NCBI GenBank assembly: GCA_000998425.1
Contig: LCDG01000001.1
Location: 10,558 to 74,557, forward strand
Direction: 5' to 3'
Length of the DNA stretch: 64,000 bases
Source: Candidatus Nomurabacteria bacterium GW2011_GWC2_42_20
GTDB lineage: Bacteria; Patescibacteriota; Minisyncoccia; Phycocordibacterales; UBA1550
The position numbers and the translations under genes were made by a program. Numbering within the stretch: the stretch's first letter is position 1; each line of letters opens with the position of its first letter. The notes under the pieces are model-generated. The model was given only the letters and a program-made list of their open reading frames with translations. It was not told where the DNA came from and ran no database searches. Below are positions 52,451 to 63,195 of this stretch, piece by piece.

Positions 52451-53545
52451 CTACTTTTTCTCTGTGTATGAAAGAGTCATTTTCTGATCCTTTGCATCAA
52501 AGAGAGTAATGGTGAATGGGTATGTTCGGCCCAACTCGAGCTTCTTCTTAAGCTCCTCTTCTGTGCCAAACTCAGACACATGCACGAGTCCAGCAATCCC
52601 TTCTTCGAGAGATACAAGTGCGCCATAATTATTGAACTTGATAACAATACCGGTGACAGTATCTCCTTTCTTGTAGCGCTTCTCGGCGTCTTTCCAAGGG
52701 TTCTCCTTGAGGGCCTTGATAGAAAGAGAGATTTTGCCATCCTTGATCTCGATGACCTTTACACGGACCTTCTCGCCGATTTTGAACATTTTGCGTGGAT
52801 CATCAACGAGACCCCAGCCGATCTCTGAGATATGGACAAGACCCTCTACTCCATCTTCGAGTTTTACGAATACACCAAAGTCTACAATTCCGGAGATCGA
52901 ACCATCTAGTTCATCACCGTTTGAATATTTTCCTGAAATCTCTCGCTTCTCCTTCACTCCCTGCTCTTTTTCCGAGAAGATGAGCTTTCCTTCTTTTGGT
53001 GATGCGCCAATGATGGTCACAGCAATACGCTTGCCAATAAGCTTCTTGAGTTCAACAAGAATCTTATCCTTGTCGCCATCGTCTACACGAGGGTAGTTCT
53101 CGCTCTTTAGCTGTGAAGCAGGAAGGAAACCTTGAATCCCTTGCCACTCAATAATAAGCCCACCTTTATTTGCCTCCTTTACAGGTAGTTCGAGAGCCTT
53201 TTTTGATTTGATAGCTTCCTCGGCTTCGCTCCAAATAATAGCTTGTCGAGCTTCTTTTAGGGAAAGCTCAATATAACCGTCTTCGTTGTTTGTGTCGACT
53301 ACCTTTGCAGTAATTGTGTCGCCTATGTTCAACTTCTTGATAACATCGCGCGCGTTGATAAACTCACGTCCATAAATGATACCTGTGCCGATAGCACCAA
53401 GGTTCACATACACACATGATTTTGCAACACTAATGACTGGACCCTCCACGAGAGAATCATTCTCAGGGAGTGCCTTTACGTCAGCCATAAGTGTTGCCAT
53501 AAATGACAACGGAGTCTCTACTGTTTCCTCAATATCTTTTTTCAT
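52451..53545 (-). CDS. rpsA: 30S ribosomal protein S1 (4 S1 domains)
   Basis: NKGGL..GFLPASQ; FG.FV..EGLVHISE; ISLSIK. Confidence 0.9.
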   Translation of the reverse strand: MKKDIEETVETPLSFMATLMADVKALPENDSLVEGPVISVAKSCVYVNLGAIGTGIIYGREFINARDVIKKLNIGDTITAKVVDTNNEDGYIELSLKEARQAIIWSEAEEAIKSKKALELPVKEANKGGLIIEWQGIQGFLPASQLKSENYPRVDDGDKDKILVELKKLIGKRIAVTIIGASPKEGKLIFSEKEQGVKEKREISGKYSNGDELDGSISGIVDFGVFVKLEDGVEGLVHISEIGWGLVDDPRKMFKIGEKVRVKVIEIKDGKISLSIKALKENPWKDAEKRYKKGDTVTGIVIKFNNYGALVSLEEGIAGLVHVSEFGTEEELKKKLELGRTYPFTITLFDAKDQKMTLSYTEKK

Positions 53546-53739
53546 GAATTAAAAAATCCCATCAAACTTACGATATGTAAGACAAGCGGGATGTGTGAAC
53601 CTTGGTTTTCCCCCGAACGGGTATATCGGGATGGGGGAGGGTTAGCCTTGGAACTGCTTGTTATTAACTTGTTTAATATACAAGAAACTCTACATAAAAG
53701 CAAATTTATATTGGTTAAACCTATGGGGGGAATATTAAT

Positions 53740-53766
53740 AAAAAAGGGGGCTTTTGGACCCCCTTT
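53740..53766 (-). terminator. intrinsic terminator
   Basis: Minus strand aaaggggg..ccccctttttt. Confidence 0.6.
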
Positions 53767-53785
53767 GTGTCATGTGATATTGGGA

Positions 53786-53872
53786 TTATCCATCCCAGCC
53801 TTCCTCTTTCCAGCCGTCGTTGTTGATTTCTTCCCAACCTTCGCCAAATGTGATAGAGGCGTCCCCGTCCAT
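53786..53872 (-). CDS. putative 28-aa acidic micro-protein
   Basis: AAGGAG SD; MDGDASITFGEGWEEINNDGWKEEGWDG*; terminator follows. Confidence 0.45.
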   Translation of the reverse strand: MDGDASITFGEGWEEINNDGWKEEGWDG

Positions 53873-53975
53873 GATGCTCTCCTTAAAAAAGTACCGCGTA
53901 TTGAAAAAGTATTTTGAATAGCTGAGTCACTTTCCTTTCTCGTTGTTGAAACTGCTTTAAGTGTAGCACTATCTG

Positions 53976-54010
53976 AAAAAAAGAAAACCCCGAAGCGCGA
54001 TGCTTCGGGG
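53976..54010 (-). terminator. intrinsic terminator
   Basis: Minus strand ccccgaagc-5 nt-gcttcgggg followed by a U-tract. Confidence 0.75.
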
Positions 54011-54079
54011 GACTGCACTGTTTATTTAGCGCTGTGCGTCAGTTGCGCTTCAAGGCAGGCGTGCGACCGCATGGACTGT

Positions 54080-54184
54080 TTAGTCGCTGCTGCCACCGCC
54101 GACCAGGCCGGCGCCGGTTGAGATCTCCAAAAAGTTTGCTTCCGATGCGGGACCGGCATGTGCTTGGGCGGTCATTTTTTTCAT
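54080..54184 (-). CDS. putative 34-aa micro-protein (or ORF within an sRNA)
   Basis: TTGACA-16-TATGCT promoter, GAGG SD, MKKMTAQAHAGPASEANFLEISTGAGLVGGGSSD*. Confidence 0.4.
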   Translation of the reverse strand: MKKMTAQAHAGPASEANFLEISTGAGLVGGGSSD

Positions 54185-54313
54185 GGCGATTTCCTCACTG
54201 TACGTTGATAACAACCACATGGTCGTCACCACCCCAAATCTTCAAGGGTGCAACAAGCATAGCAGATACATAGGATTTGTCAAGTACCATTGCTGTCTGC
54301 TACAATGTTCTTC

Positions 54314-54943
54314 ATGATTGTCACATATTATGGAAAGCAGTTTTTCAAGGTTCAGCTCGGGGAGCGAACTATTGCCTATAACCCAATTGGTAAAGACTCA
54401 AAAGAAAAGGGTTCACGTTTTGGAGCGGATATTGTGCTCTCGTCTCTCCGCCACCCAGATTTCAATGGCGCCGACCAGTGTGCGTACGGTGATCGTCAGC
54501 CTTTTGTTATTTCGGGACCAGGAGAATATGAAGTTGGCGGGATTTTTATAAAAGGTTTTGGTACAGAAACAAAGTATAGTAATGAAAAAAAGATCAACAC
54601 TGTTTTTTCTGTAATGTTCGAAGGAATCAACCTGTGCTTCCTTGGCTCGCTTGCGTCTCCTGACTCGCTTTCACGCGAAGTCAAAGAGGGTCTCGGAGAG
54701 ATTGATGTACTCTTTGCTCCTATTGGGAGCGGTGAGGAACTCTCAGCAGCAGATGCATACAAACTCACGCTTGCGCTAGAGGCAAAAGTTGTCATTCCAA
54801 TGGACTATGAACAGACAAAGGGAAGTCTTGAGGCATTTATAAAAGAGAGCGGTGAGAATGCCGAGACAATGGAAAAATTTACCTTTAAAAGAAAAGATCT
54901 TGAAGGGAAGGAGGGTGGCGTTGTTGTGCTAAAATCAGCCTAA
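54314..54943 (+). CDS. MBL-fold (Lactamase_B_3-like) protein
   Basis: GPGEYEV, IDVLF.P.G, VIPM.Y; metal-binding His residues degenerate. Confidence 0.8.
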   Translation: MIVTYYGKQFFKVQLGERTIAYNPIGKDSKEKGSRFGADIVLSSLRHPDFNGADQCAYGDRQPFVISGPGEYEVGGIFIKGFGTETKYSNEKKINTVFSVMFEGINLCFLGSLASPDSLSREVKEGLGEIDVLFAPIGSGEELSAADAYKLTLALEAKVVIPMDYEQTKGSLEAFIKESGENAETMEKFTFKRKDLEGKEGGVVVLKSA

Positions 54944-55062
54944 TTCACATGCCCAAACATTTAGAAACAACTTATTCTAGAAAGACACTGATGTAAGTAT
55001 AAGAAAAGTTACAGATTAATTTAATCACCTATCAGATTAAAAGTTAGGTGGGTAAAAGTCCT

Positions 55063-55422
55063 ATGTTAGAAAAATTACGAGCTAAACCAAATCATATTAA
55101 ACGGAGTATCTCTCTCGCTGTTACAATTGTAATTTTTTCTTGTATTTTGTTTGTATGGTTTTCGTCGCGTGATGCTAGGTCGCGAGAGCTTGAAGTTCGC
55201 GGAATGACTGTTTCACCAGTCGATGGAGTTGGCGCTATGTTTGATGGATTTGTGTCTGGGTTTAAGGAGCGGTTGTCTTCTCAGACATCATCTGTGGATA
55301 TAGAAAAACAGGACGAGGAAATAATTATACCAACAGATGATTTCGATATTTCTGGTGTTGTTGTTCTTGATTTGTCAGCAACCACAACAAGTAGCGCAGC
55401 ATCCACATCCTCAGGTCTTTAA
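55063..55422 (+). CDS. single-TM hypothetical protein
   Basis: LEKLR.KP...K followed by a TM segment. Confidence 0.7.
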   Translation: MLEKLRAKPNHIKRSISLAVTIVIFSCILFVWFSSRDARSRELEVRGMTVSPVDGVGAMFDGFVSGFKERLSSQTSSVDIEKQDEEIIIPTDDFDISGVVVLDLSATTTSSAASTSSGL

Positions 55423-55454
55423 TAGTCTGTAAATTTATGCTAAACTAGCCCGAT

Positions 55455-57923
55455 ATGGCGCGTAAAAAAGAAGAAAAAGACGAATCAGCAGTCGTTCCAC
55501 CAGAGCGAGTAAACGTTGTTCCTCAGGACATTTCTAGCGAAATGCGCGCGAGTTTTATCGATTATGCTATGTCAGTTATTACTGACCGCGCTCTTCCTGA
55601 TGTTCGTGATGGCTTAAAGCCGGTACATCGTCGAATACTTTTTTCAATGTATGAAAAAGGCTTGACTGCGTCTGCAAAGTTTAGGAAGTCTGCAACGGTA
55701 GTCGGAGATGTGCTCGGTAGTTACCACCCTCATGGCGATTCGTCTGTGTACGAGGCTATGGTAAAGATGGCGCAGGAATTTTCATTCCGCTATCCGCTTG
55801 TAATAGGACAGGGTAACTTCGGTTCTATTGACGGTGATGCAGCAGCAGCATATCGCTACACAGAGGCAAAAATGTCACGCATTTCTGGTGAACTTTTGAA
55901 CGATATTGATCGCGAGACGGTGGATTTCAAGCCAAACTATGACGGCACAAAAAAAGAACCAACTGTTCTACCTTCGTCTCTCCCAAACCTCCTCTTAAAC
56001 GGTACGCTCGGTATCGCGGTTGGTATGGCTACCAACTTTCCTCCTCACAACTTGGGCGAGCTTGTGGATGCTACAAACCATCTTATTGACGAACCTGACG
56101 CAACATCTGACGACCTTGTTAAGTTTGTAAAAGGACCAGACTTCCCTATAGGTGGTATCGTGTTCGGTGAAAAAGATATCAAGCATGCGTATTCATCGGG
56201 GCGTGGCGGAGTGGTTTGTCGTGGTGAAGCAGAGATTATTGAGGACAAAAACCTTAACCAGATTATTATCACATCTCTTCCTTTTCGTGTTAACAAAGCA
56301 AATCTTATTGTGAAGATTGCTGACCTTGTGCGCGAGAAAAAGCTTGAGGGGATTCGCGGACTCCGCGATGAATCAACAAAGGATATTCGCGTTGTTATCG
56401 ATCTCAAAAACGGCGCATATCCGCAGGTTGTTTTGAATTATTTATACAAACATACCGAGCTTGAGTCTACATTCCACTACAATATGGTTGCGCTTGTCGA
56501 TGGAGTTCCACAAACACTCTCATTAAAAGGTGTGCTATCAAATTTTATCGGACATCGTCAGGTTGTAGTAAAGCGTCGCACAGAATATGATCTTAGAAAA
56601 GCTGAGGAACGCGAGCATATTTTGCTAGGTCTCAAAAAAGCGCTTGATCATATTGACCGTGTAATCACCATCATTCGCGCATCAAAAGATACTGCAACTG
56701 CGCATGCAAACCTCATAAAGGAATTCAAGTTCTCTGATTTGCAAGCAACGGCAATTTTGGAAATGAAACTTCAGAAGCTCGCAGGTTTGGAGCGCAAGAA
56801 TGTGGAACTTGAACTCAAAGAAAAGCAGGATTTTATAAAAGAGTGTAAAGATCTTCTCGCAAGTCCAAAGAAAATTTTGGCTGTAGTAAAAAAGGAGCTT
56901 GGTGAAATGAAAGAAAAGTACGGTGATGCGCGTAGAACTAAGGTTGTGAAGCACGCCGCTGGGTCTATTTCTCTTGAAGATATGATTCCCGATGAAGAGT
57001 CTATGCTCGTGTATACAAAGGGTGGCTATATAAAGCGCACAAACCCAGGCGAGTATCGTCAGCAAAACCGTGGTGGTGTTGGTGTTGTTGATTTGGATAC
57101 AAAAGAAGAGGATTTTATCACGCTATTTATGTCGGCTACGACACACAGCGACATGCTCTTTTTCTCAGACAAAGGCAAGGCGTACCAGATAAAAATGTAC
57201 GATATCCCTGAAGGCAAGCGCGCGACACGTGGTAAGTCGATTATGAACTTCATCGCGCTTTCGGGAGAGGAAAAAGTAACATCGATTCTCTCGATGCCAA
57301 AGTCACTCAAGGATTCAAATCTTTCGCTCTTTATGGTGACCAAGCATGGCACTATTAAAAAATGTGGAGCCGAGAGTTTTAAGGATGTCCGCAGAAATGG
57401 AATTATTTCTATAAAGCTTGATGCGGGGGACGAGCTTATTGCAGCTCTCTTTACAGAAAAGGGCGATGATATTATTTTGACTACAGCAAAAGGTCAGGCT
57501 ATTCGATTCAAGGAGTCTGACGCACGAGAGATGGGTCGCGCAGCGGCTGGCGTGCGTGGTATGAAGCTCGGTAAGGGCGACTTCATTATCGGCGCAGACG
57601 TTATACAAAAGGGTGCAGAGAAGCCAGAGCTCCTGGTGATGAGTGAAAATGGTTATGGCAAGAAAACTGCGATCAAGGAGTACAAGGTGCAGAAGCGCGG
57701 AGGTTCTGGAATAAAGACTGCAAAGGTGACAGCTAAGATAGGGCAACTCATGGTGGCAAAGGTTGTAACACCAGCGTTTAGCGAGCTTGTCGCTATTTCA
57801 AAAAATAGCCAAGTTATTCGTATTACAATGAAAGACGTTCCAACGCTTGGTCGCGACACGCAGGGCGTTCGTATCATGAAGCTCCGAGAAGGGGACAGTA
57901 TCGCGTCACTTAGTTGCTTGTAG
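55455..57923 (+). CDS. gyrA: DNA gyrase subunit A
   Basis: [19 protein letters not shown], GyrA-box QNRGGVG, pinwheel repeats. Confidence 0.98.
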   Translation: MARKKEEKDESAVVPPERVNVVPQDISSEMRASFIDYAMSVITDRALPDVRDGLKPVHRRILFSMYEKGLTASAKFRKSATVVGDVLGSYHPHGDSSVYEAMVKMAQEFSFRYPLVIGQGNFGSIDGDAAAAYRYTEAKMSRISGELLNDIDRETVDFKPNYDGTKKEPTVLPSSLPNLLLNGTLGIAVGMATNFPPHNLGELVDATNHLIDEPDATSDDLVKFVKGPDFPIGGIVFGEKDIKHAYSSGRGGVVCRGEAEIIEDKNLNQIIITSLPFRVNKANLIVKIADLVREKKLEGIRGLRDESTKDIRVVIDLKNGAYPQVVLNYLYKHTELESTFHYNMVALVDGVPQTLSLKGVLSNFIGHRQVVVKRRTEYDLRKAEEREHILLGLKKALDHIDRVITIIRASKDTATAHANLIKEFKFSDLQATAILEMKLQKLAGLERKNVELELKEKQDFIKECKDLLASPKKILAVVKKELGEMKEKYGDARRTKVVKHAAGSISLEDMIPDEESMLVYTKGGYIKRTNPGEYRQQNRGGVGVVDLDTKEEDFITLFMSATTHSDMLFFSDKGKAYQIKMYDIPEGKRATRGKSIMNFIALSGEEKVTSILSMPKSLKDSNLSLFMVTKHGTIKKCGAESFKDVRRNGIISIKLDAGDELIAALFTEKGDDIILTTAKGQAIRFKESDAREMGRAAAGVRGMKLGKGDFIIGADVIQKGAEKPELLVMSENGYGKKTAIKEYKVQKRGGSGIKTAKVTAKIGQLMVAKVVTPAFSELVAISKNSQVIRITMKDVPTLGRDTQGVRIMKLREGDSIASLSCL

Positions 57924-57933
57924 TTATAATATC

Positions 57934-60900
57934 ATGAATAAAATTTCACAAAATAAACTGAGTCCCATTATGGCAGTATTACTCAGTCTCTTTGTCGTGC
58001 TATTTTGGGGTACGCAGACCGTTTACGCGTTAAATATTCTTGACTCTGATTTGAACAGCAACGGAATAATAGACAGCACTGAAACAGAAGTTGTTGTCAC
58101 CTCCAATAAATCTCTCCAATCTGGTGAATATAATTTTGGTAATCTAACAATAACGAATAATGCAGTACTTACGTTGGTTGGAGATCCGCTTTCACCAGAT
58201 CAATTTAAAGGAGTAAAGATAAATGCAACAAATATTTCTGTTTCTTTCGGCTCTCGTATCTCTGCTGATGGACAGGGGTATATTTCTGGTCCTGGAACGT
58301 CCTTAGTGCCTGGCATTAGTGTTGGCGCAAGTTACGGTGGATCAGGTGGTGGTAATTCTGCAACATCAACATATGGCTCAGCAATGACACCAATGGATTT
58401 AGGAAGTGGAACAAGTGGCTCAAAAGGTGGGGGTTCTATTAGACTTGTCGTGTCTAACACACTTTTAAATAATGGGGATATTTCCGCAAATGGACAATCG
58501 TATCGCACGAGTGGCGGAAGCATACATGTGACCACTAATATATTAGTTGGTACAGGTGTGTTTAATGCAAATGGCGCTCGTACTTATTGGCCGAATCAGT
58601 TTGCCGGCGGTGGCGGAAGGATAGCGGTACACTATCAGCAATCGTCATTCACTGGAAGCGCTAAAGCAAATGCGGGTGTCTTTTGTCTTTATGGCTGCAA
58701 CCCGGCAGGTGGCGCTGGAACAGTAGTCTTTTTTGATACTGTGAATAATGATTTGTACACAGGTACTTCTTGGCGCTTTCAAAAAAATGATGAACCTATT
58801 CGCTTAAACCGTATCGTTGTCTCGAATGGCTCTTCGGTAACGATGGACGAGGGGGTTGCTATCACAGCAAACGAGCTTATTATCAGTGGCGCAACCTCAC
58901 TCCCTCTGTCAAAAGGAAGTTTGCTCACAATACACAAAATTACTGTCGATGGAGCAACTATTGTCTCATCTGGAGAAGAGACAATAGTTGCCGATATTCT
59001 CAAGCTCATAAATTCAGCAGTAGTCACTGTTGTTCCGATGCAGACACTTACGCTTTCAGTTCCCAATGTGACTATCGATACAAGCTCACGTATCTCGGCC
59101 GACGCAAAAGGGGATACTGCTGGCTCTGGTTTCCCAAGCAGTATATACGCTGGCGGAAGTCATGGAGGTGTCGGGCTCAACAACACGGCGACATCAACAT
59201 ACGGCTCTGCGAAACAGCCGACAACTCTAGGTAGTGCTGGAGGTGCGCCACATGCTATTGGCGGAGGAGCTATCCGCCTTGTTGTTTCGGGGTCACTTGT
59301 GAACAACGGCGTAATATCAGCCGATGGCAACACATCATCATCGGGTGGAAGTATCTATGCGACTGTAGCCGACATGTCTGGGTCTGGAACGTTTCATGCA
59401 AATGGCGGAGCTCTTGGCAGTGGAGGATATTTCTCTGGGCCTGGTGGTGGCGGACGTGTCGCTGTTTATTATCAAACATCATCATTTAGTGGCGCAATAG
59501 AAGCATTGGGTGGATGCGGGAGCTACGACGGATGGAGCCGTGTCTGTGCTGGGTACGGCACTGTTGTGATACAACAGTCGGATGTTCCATGTACCATCAA
59601 CTGCTATTCAAACATTATGTTCCTACCTGGGGTTATGGGGTCGAGATTGTATGATGAGAATGGTCAAGAATTGTGGGTTTCGAGTGACGATTCTTTGCAA
59701 TCAACTCTTGCAATGAACGCAAGTGGAAAAAGTATAAATTCAATATATACTAATGATGACACCCATAGGAATCATGGAGAAATCGATGAAAGTGGTCTCG
59801 TGGATGATGTGTACGGTTCAAATATTTATGAGTCATTTGTTAACGACCTACGTGTATGGAAGGGAGATAATGACAATGGAATAATTCATGATTACGCATT
59901 CATACCATATGACTGGCGATTGTCGCTTGAGGATATTGTAAATAATGGCGCAACATCAACGCCAGATAAATTGTCATATGCTGATTCTCCTGCTTCAGGT
60001 CAATATATTCTGAAACAACTCGAAGCACTCCAAAAGTCTTCTCGCACAGGCAAGGTGACTATTGTTGCGCACTCAAACGGCGGGCTTGTCACAAAAGCTC
60101 TTATTGAAAAACTCAAGCTAGACAATAATCCATTATATAATCAAATAGATAAAGTGATTTTCGTTGCGGTGCCTCAAGTTGGGACACCAGATGCGGTTGC
60201 CACGCTACTCCATGGGAATAGTCTTGGGCATGGTGCTGTTATGACCACCGCTCGCTCTCGTGAATTGGCAAAAAATATACCGACGATATATAACCTCCTT
60301 CCTTCAGCTCAATACTTCAATACAGTTGAACCTGGTTTTGCGGTTGATAAAGTTGTTTCGTTTGAAAATAAACCTTCCTTTAGTTCGCAATTATCGCAAT
60401 ATGGAGTTTATGTTTCAAATGAAAATGAACTCAAAGGGTATGTTTTGAATGATGATAGTCGCTCTGCCCCTGTCTATGCAGACACAAACAGTCCTGCAGT
60501 TGGCAATCGGACTCTTTATGACGATGCACAAAGAGTGCATACTGTCTTGGATAATTGGCAACCAGCATCAACCACAAAAGTGATTCAAGTGGCAGGATGG
60601 GGAGCGGAAACACTTGCGGGTATAGACAATGTTGAAGCAGTGTCTGTTCCTGCTTTGGGTATTTTCACACACACAATCAATCTTCGCCACGTTGTGGATG
60701 GCGATGGAACCGTTGTTGTCCCAAGTGCGCTGTGGATGGCGACATCGACACCTGGGGTTGAGAGGTGGTGGGTAAACCTGATTAGAAATAATGCAGGTCC
60801 TACTATCGATCGTGACCACCGTGATATCTTGGAAGTTGATAATTTGAGAAATTTTATTAAATCAGAAATAAAAGGTTCTTTATTTAGTGATTCTAGTAAT

Positions 60901-62745
60901 ATTGTGGTTAATGCAACCTCAACGCTAATTTCAGAAGGTGAGCGTCTCCACTTCACACTCCATTCGCCCCTCACTCTCGGCATCACTGACACTCAGGGTC
61001 GCTATACAGGTCTTGACCCTGTAACAGGGGAAATCAAGGAAGAAATCCCTAGCACCACCTACAAGCAGTACGGAGAAGTACAGTTCCTCTCTGTTCCTGT
61101 GGGGCTTCAATACACCTTGAAACTCAAAGGGTACGAGACAGGCACTTTTGCTCTTGATGTGGAAAAGCAAATCGGCAATACGGTTACAGAATCAACATCA
61201 TTCCAAGCAATTCCAACTGCGACAAGCACTGCGGTAATGATGGACATTTCCTCAGTCTTTGAGGTTGCAAGTTCCACTCTGGTTATTGACCAGAATGCTG
61301 ACGGAGTCATTGATGCATCCCTTGAGGCAGCTCCAAGCGGTGTAACAATTTACGACCTTACGGCACCAGTAACTACGGCAACCCCTACAGGTACTCTTGG
61401 CTTAAATCAATACTACACTTCCTCTGTTACGATAACACTGATTAGTGAAGACACCGCTCCTCTCGGAGAAGTGTCTTCTGGTGTAGTAATTACTAAGTAC
61501 TCACTCGATAGCGGAACTACGTGGAATACTTACAGTACCTCAACTCCACTCACTATTGTCACCGAAGGCACCACCGCGCTTCAGTACTACTCAGTAGACA
61601 ATAATGGCAATACTGAGACACCAAAGACGCTTACGCTCAATATTGATACGGTTGCCCCAACCATTTTCGCCTCAGACACTTCCGCAGAGCAACTTACTAT
61701 TGAAGGAACCACTCTTACTGTTCCCGCCACAACAGAAGACACGATAGACCCAAGTCCAACCCTCACCACAAATGTTCCACTCACACAGACGTTTGTTCTG
61801 GGAGTAACGAGTATATTGCTAACCGCACAGGATCTGGCAGGAAACATCGCAACTTCGAGTATCGCAGTCACTATCTACTCAAGCCCTACCGCAGACCCTG
61901 ACGGTGATGGTGTACCAAATCAAGACGATGTGAAGCCGTTTGACGCTACCGTCTTTGCAAACCTCACCATTCCAGCAGAATATGCATTCTGGGAAAAAGA
62001 GTCATTTGATCTACCTTTCTCAGTGGCAGGGAAAGGGAATGTTACACTCTCACTCTCTAATACTTACTACAAAGTCGAAACATCTCCAATTAAGGACAGT
62101 GTTGTGGCTATTGTCCCCGCAACAGTTTTGACAGTTGATGGTGTTGTCACTGTTTCTTTCTCTCAAGATACTAAGGAACTCAAGACGTATACACTCACTC
62201 TTACAACCACCAAAGGAAATACAAAGGAACGTAAGTCTCTTAAAGAAAAGCGAGACCATGAATCAGATGAAGGGCGAAGGCATGATCTCGAAAAGGAACT
62301 CGATTTTGCAGATGCTCCTATCACGCTTAGTATTACAAATACAACGGCAAACAAAACAACGTCACAGATAAGCGTGATAAATATCTATGATAAACAGCAG
62401 ACTGCCCAACTTCAGTACAAATACAAAGATACTGACTACAGCACCACGCTTCTTCTTAAATCTGATGACGTGCTGAAAACAAAGAAGGGACAGCCACTTG
62501 AGCTTACGGTAAAGGTGACTGGAATCAAGAAAGATGTTCCTTTCACTACAAATATATCTGGTAACTTCACAATCCTCAGTGTAGTACAGGAGGAAGAGCA
62601 CAAAGACGATGATGATCGTAAGCAGACGAAATTCTCCCTCTTCTATCCGCTCTCAACACAGTCAACTCAAGAAAATATCACCATTACCACAACTGTCAAC
62701 GGCATAACATCGACTGATGTGGTGGGGGTGAAGTTTGAGGAGTAG
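57934..62745 (+). CDS. giant secreted protein: Gly-rich repeats + LCAT-like lipase domain + Ig-like domains
   Basis: Signal peptide; duplicated ISAD..YGS..GGG.IRL..GGGGR module; PGVMGS, YDWR, AHSNGG, DGDGTV, H; DPDGDG. Confidence 0.88.
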   Translation: MNKISQNKLSPIMAVLLSLFVVLFWGTQTVYALNILDSDLNSNGIIDSTETEVVVTSNKSLQSGEYNFGNLTITNNAVLTLVGDPLSPDQFKGVKINATNISVSFGSRISADGQGYISGPGTSLVPGISVGASYGGSGGGNSATSTYGSAMTPMDLGSGTSGSKGGGSIRLVVSNTLLNNGDISANGQSYRTSGGSIHVTTNILVGTGVFNANGARTYWPNQFAGGGGRIAVHYQQSSFTGSAKANAGVFCLYGCNPAGGAGTVVFFDTVNNDLYTGTSWRFQKNDEPIRLNRIVVSNGSSVTMDEGVAITANELIISGATSLPLSKGSLLTIHKITVDGATIVSSGEETIVADILKLINSAVVTVVPMQTLTLSVPNVTIDTSSRISADAKGDTAGSGFPSSIYAGGSHGGVGLNNTATSTYGSAKQPTTLGSAGGAPHAIGGGAIRLVVSGSLVNNGVISADGNTSSSGGSIYATVADMSGSGTFHANGGALGSGGYFSGPGGGGRVAVYYQTSSFSGAIEALGGCGSYDGWSRVCAGYGTVVIQQSDVPCTINCYSNIMFLPGVMGSRLYDENGQELWVSSDDSLQSTLAMNASGKSINSIYTNDDTHRNHGEIDESGLVDDVYGSNIYESFVNDLRVWKGDNDNGIIHDYAFIPYDWRLSLEDIVNNGATSTPDKLSYADSPASGQYILKQLEALQKSSRTGKVTIVAHSNGGLVTKALIEKLKLDNNPLYNQIDKVIFVAVPQVGTPDAVATLLHGNSLGHGAVMTTARSRELAKNIPTIYNLLPSAQYFNTVEPGFAVDKVVSFENKPSFSSQLSQYGVYVSNENELKGYVLNDDSRSAPVYADTNSPAVGNRTLYDDAQRVHTVLDNWQPASTTKVIQVAGWGAETLAGIDNVEAVSVPALGIFTHTINLRHVVDGDGTVVVPSALWMATSTPGVERWWVNLIRNNAGPTIDRDHRDILEVDNLRNFIKSEIKGSLFSDSSNIVVNATSTLISEGERLHFTLHSPLTLGITDTQGRYTGLDPVTGEIKEEIPSTTYKQYGEVQFLSVPVGLQYTLKLKGYETGTFALDVEKQIGNTVTESTSFQAIPTATSTAVMMDISSVFEVASSTLVIDQNADGVIDASLEAAPSGVTIYDLTAPVTTATPTGTLGLNQYYTSSVTITLISEDTAPLGEVSSGVVITKYSLDSGTTWNTYSTSTPLTIVTEGTTALQYYSVDNNGNTETPKTLTLNIDTVAPTIFASDTSAEQLTIEGTTLTVPATTEDTIDPSPTLTTNVPLTQTFVLGVTSILLTAQDLAGNIATSSIAVTIYSSPTADPDGDGVPNQDDVKPFDATVFANLTIPAEYAFWEKESFDLPFSVAGKGNVTLSLSNTYYKVETSPIKDSVVAIVPATVLTVDGVVTVSFSQDTKELKTYTLTLTTTKGNTKERKSLKEKRDHESDEGRRHDLEKELDFADAPITLSITNTTANKTTSQISVINIYDKQQTAQLQYKYKDTDYSTTLLLKSDDVLKTKKGQPLELTVKVTGIKKDVPFTTNISGNFTILSVVQEEEHKDDDDRKQTKFSLFYPLSTQSTQENITITTTVNGITSTDVVGVKFEE

Positions 62746-62781
62746 AGTTATTTGATGTGCTTATTGAAAATTAATTAAATT

Positions 62782-63192
62782 ATGAAAAAGATACTCAATT
62801 GGTTTACCAGGGGGAAAACAATGATCTTCGGGTTTGTCGGCAGCCTTATTTTTATTGGTGCTGTTTACTATATTGATGCCTATTGCAAAAAAGGAATGTA
62901 TGTTTGCAATAATTCCCATGAGATTATCTGGATGCTGTCAATGGTTTTTGTGTCTGTATTTATTTGGAGTATTTTAACTTATAAAATGAAGGAAGAAATT
63001 TTTATAAGTTGGAGAAACTTCAGTGTTGTGTTTGTTTTATTCTCATTTTTAACAATATTGATTTTACCATTTAAGTGCGATCCATATTTGCGGATTTGCA
63101 AAGAGTCTTTTTCCTGGCTTTTTGTGTTCGCCCATCTCTCTCTCTCTCTCCTTATAATTATATATAAATCTTTCAAAAAAGAACCACGCTAA
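62782..63192 (+). CDS. 4-TM membrane protein, candidate immunity protein
   Basis: Four hydrophobic segments with Cys-containing loops; directly after the lipase gene. Confidence 0.7.
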   Translation: MKKILNWFTRGKTMIFGFVGSLIFIGAVYYIDAYCKKGMYVCNNSHEIIWMLSMVFVSVFIWSILTYKMKEEIFISWRNFSVVFVLFSFLTILILPFKCDPYLRICKESFSWLFVFAHLSLSLLIIIYKSFKKEPR

Positions 63193-63195
63193 ATT

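Noticed and set aside
54010-54250. GC-rich stretch as tmRNA, RNase P, SRP RNA or a RiPP precursor
   Set aside because: No diagnostic motifs recognised and no modification enzymes nearby.
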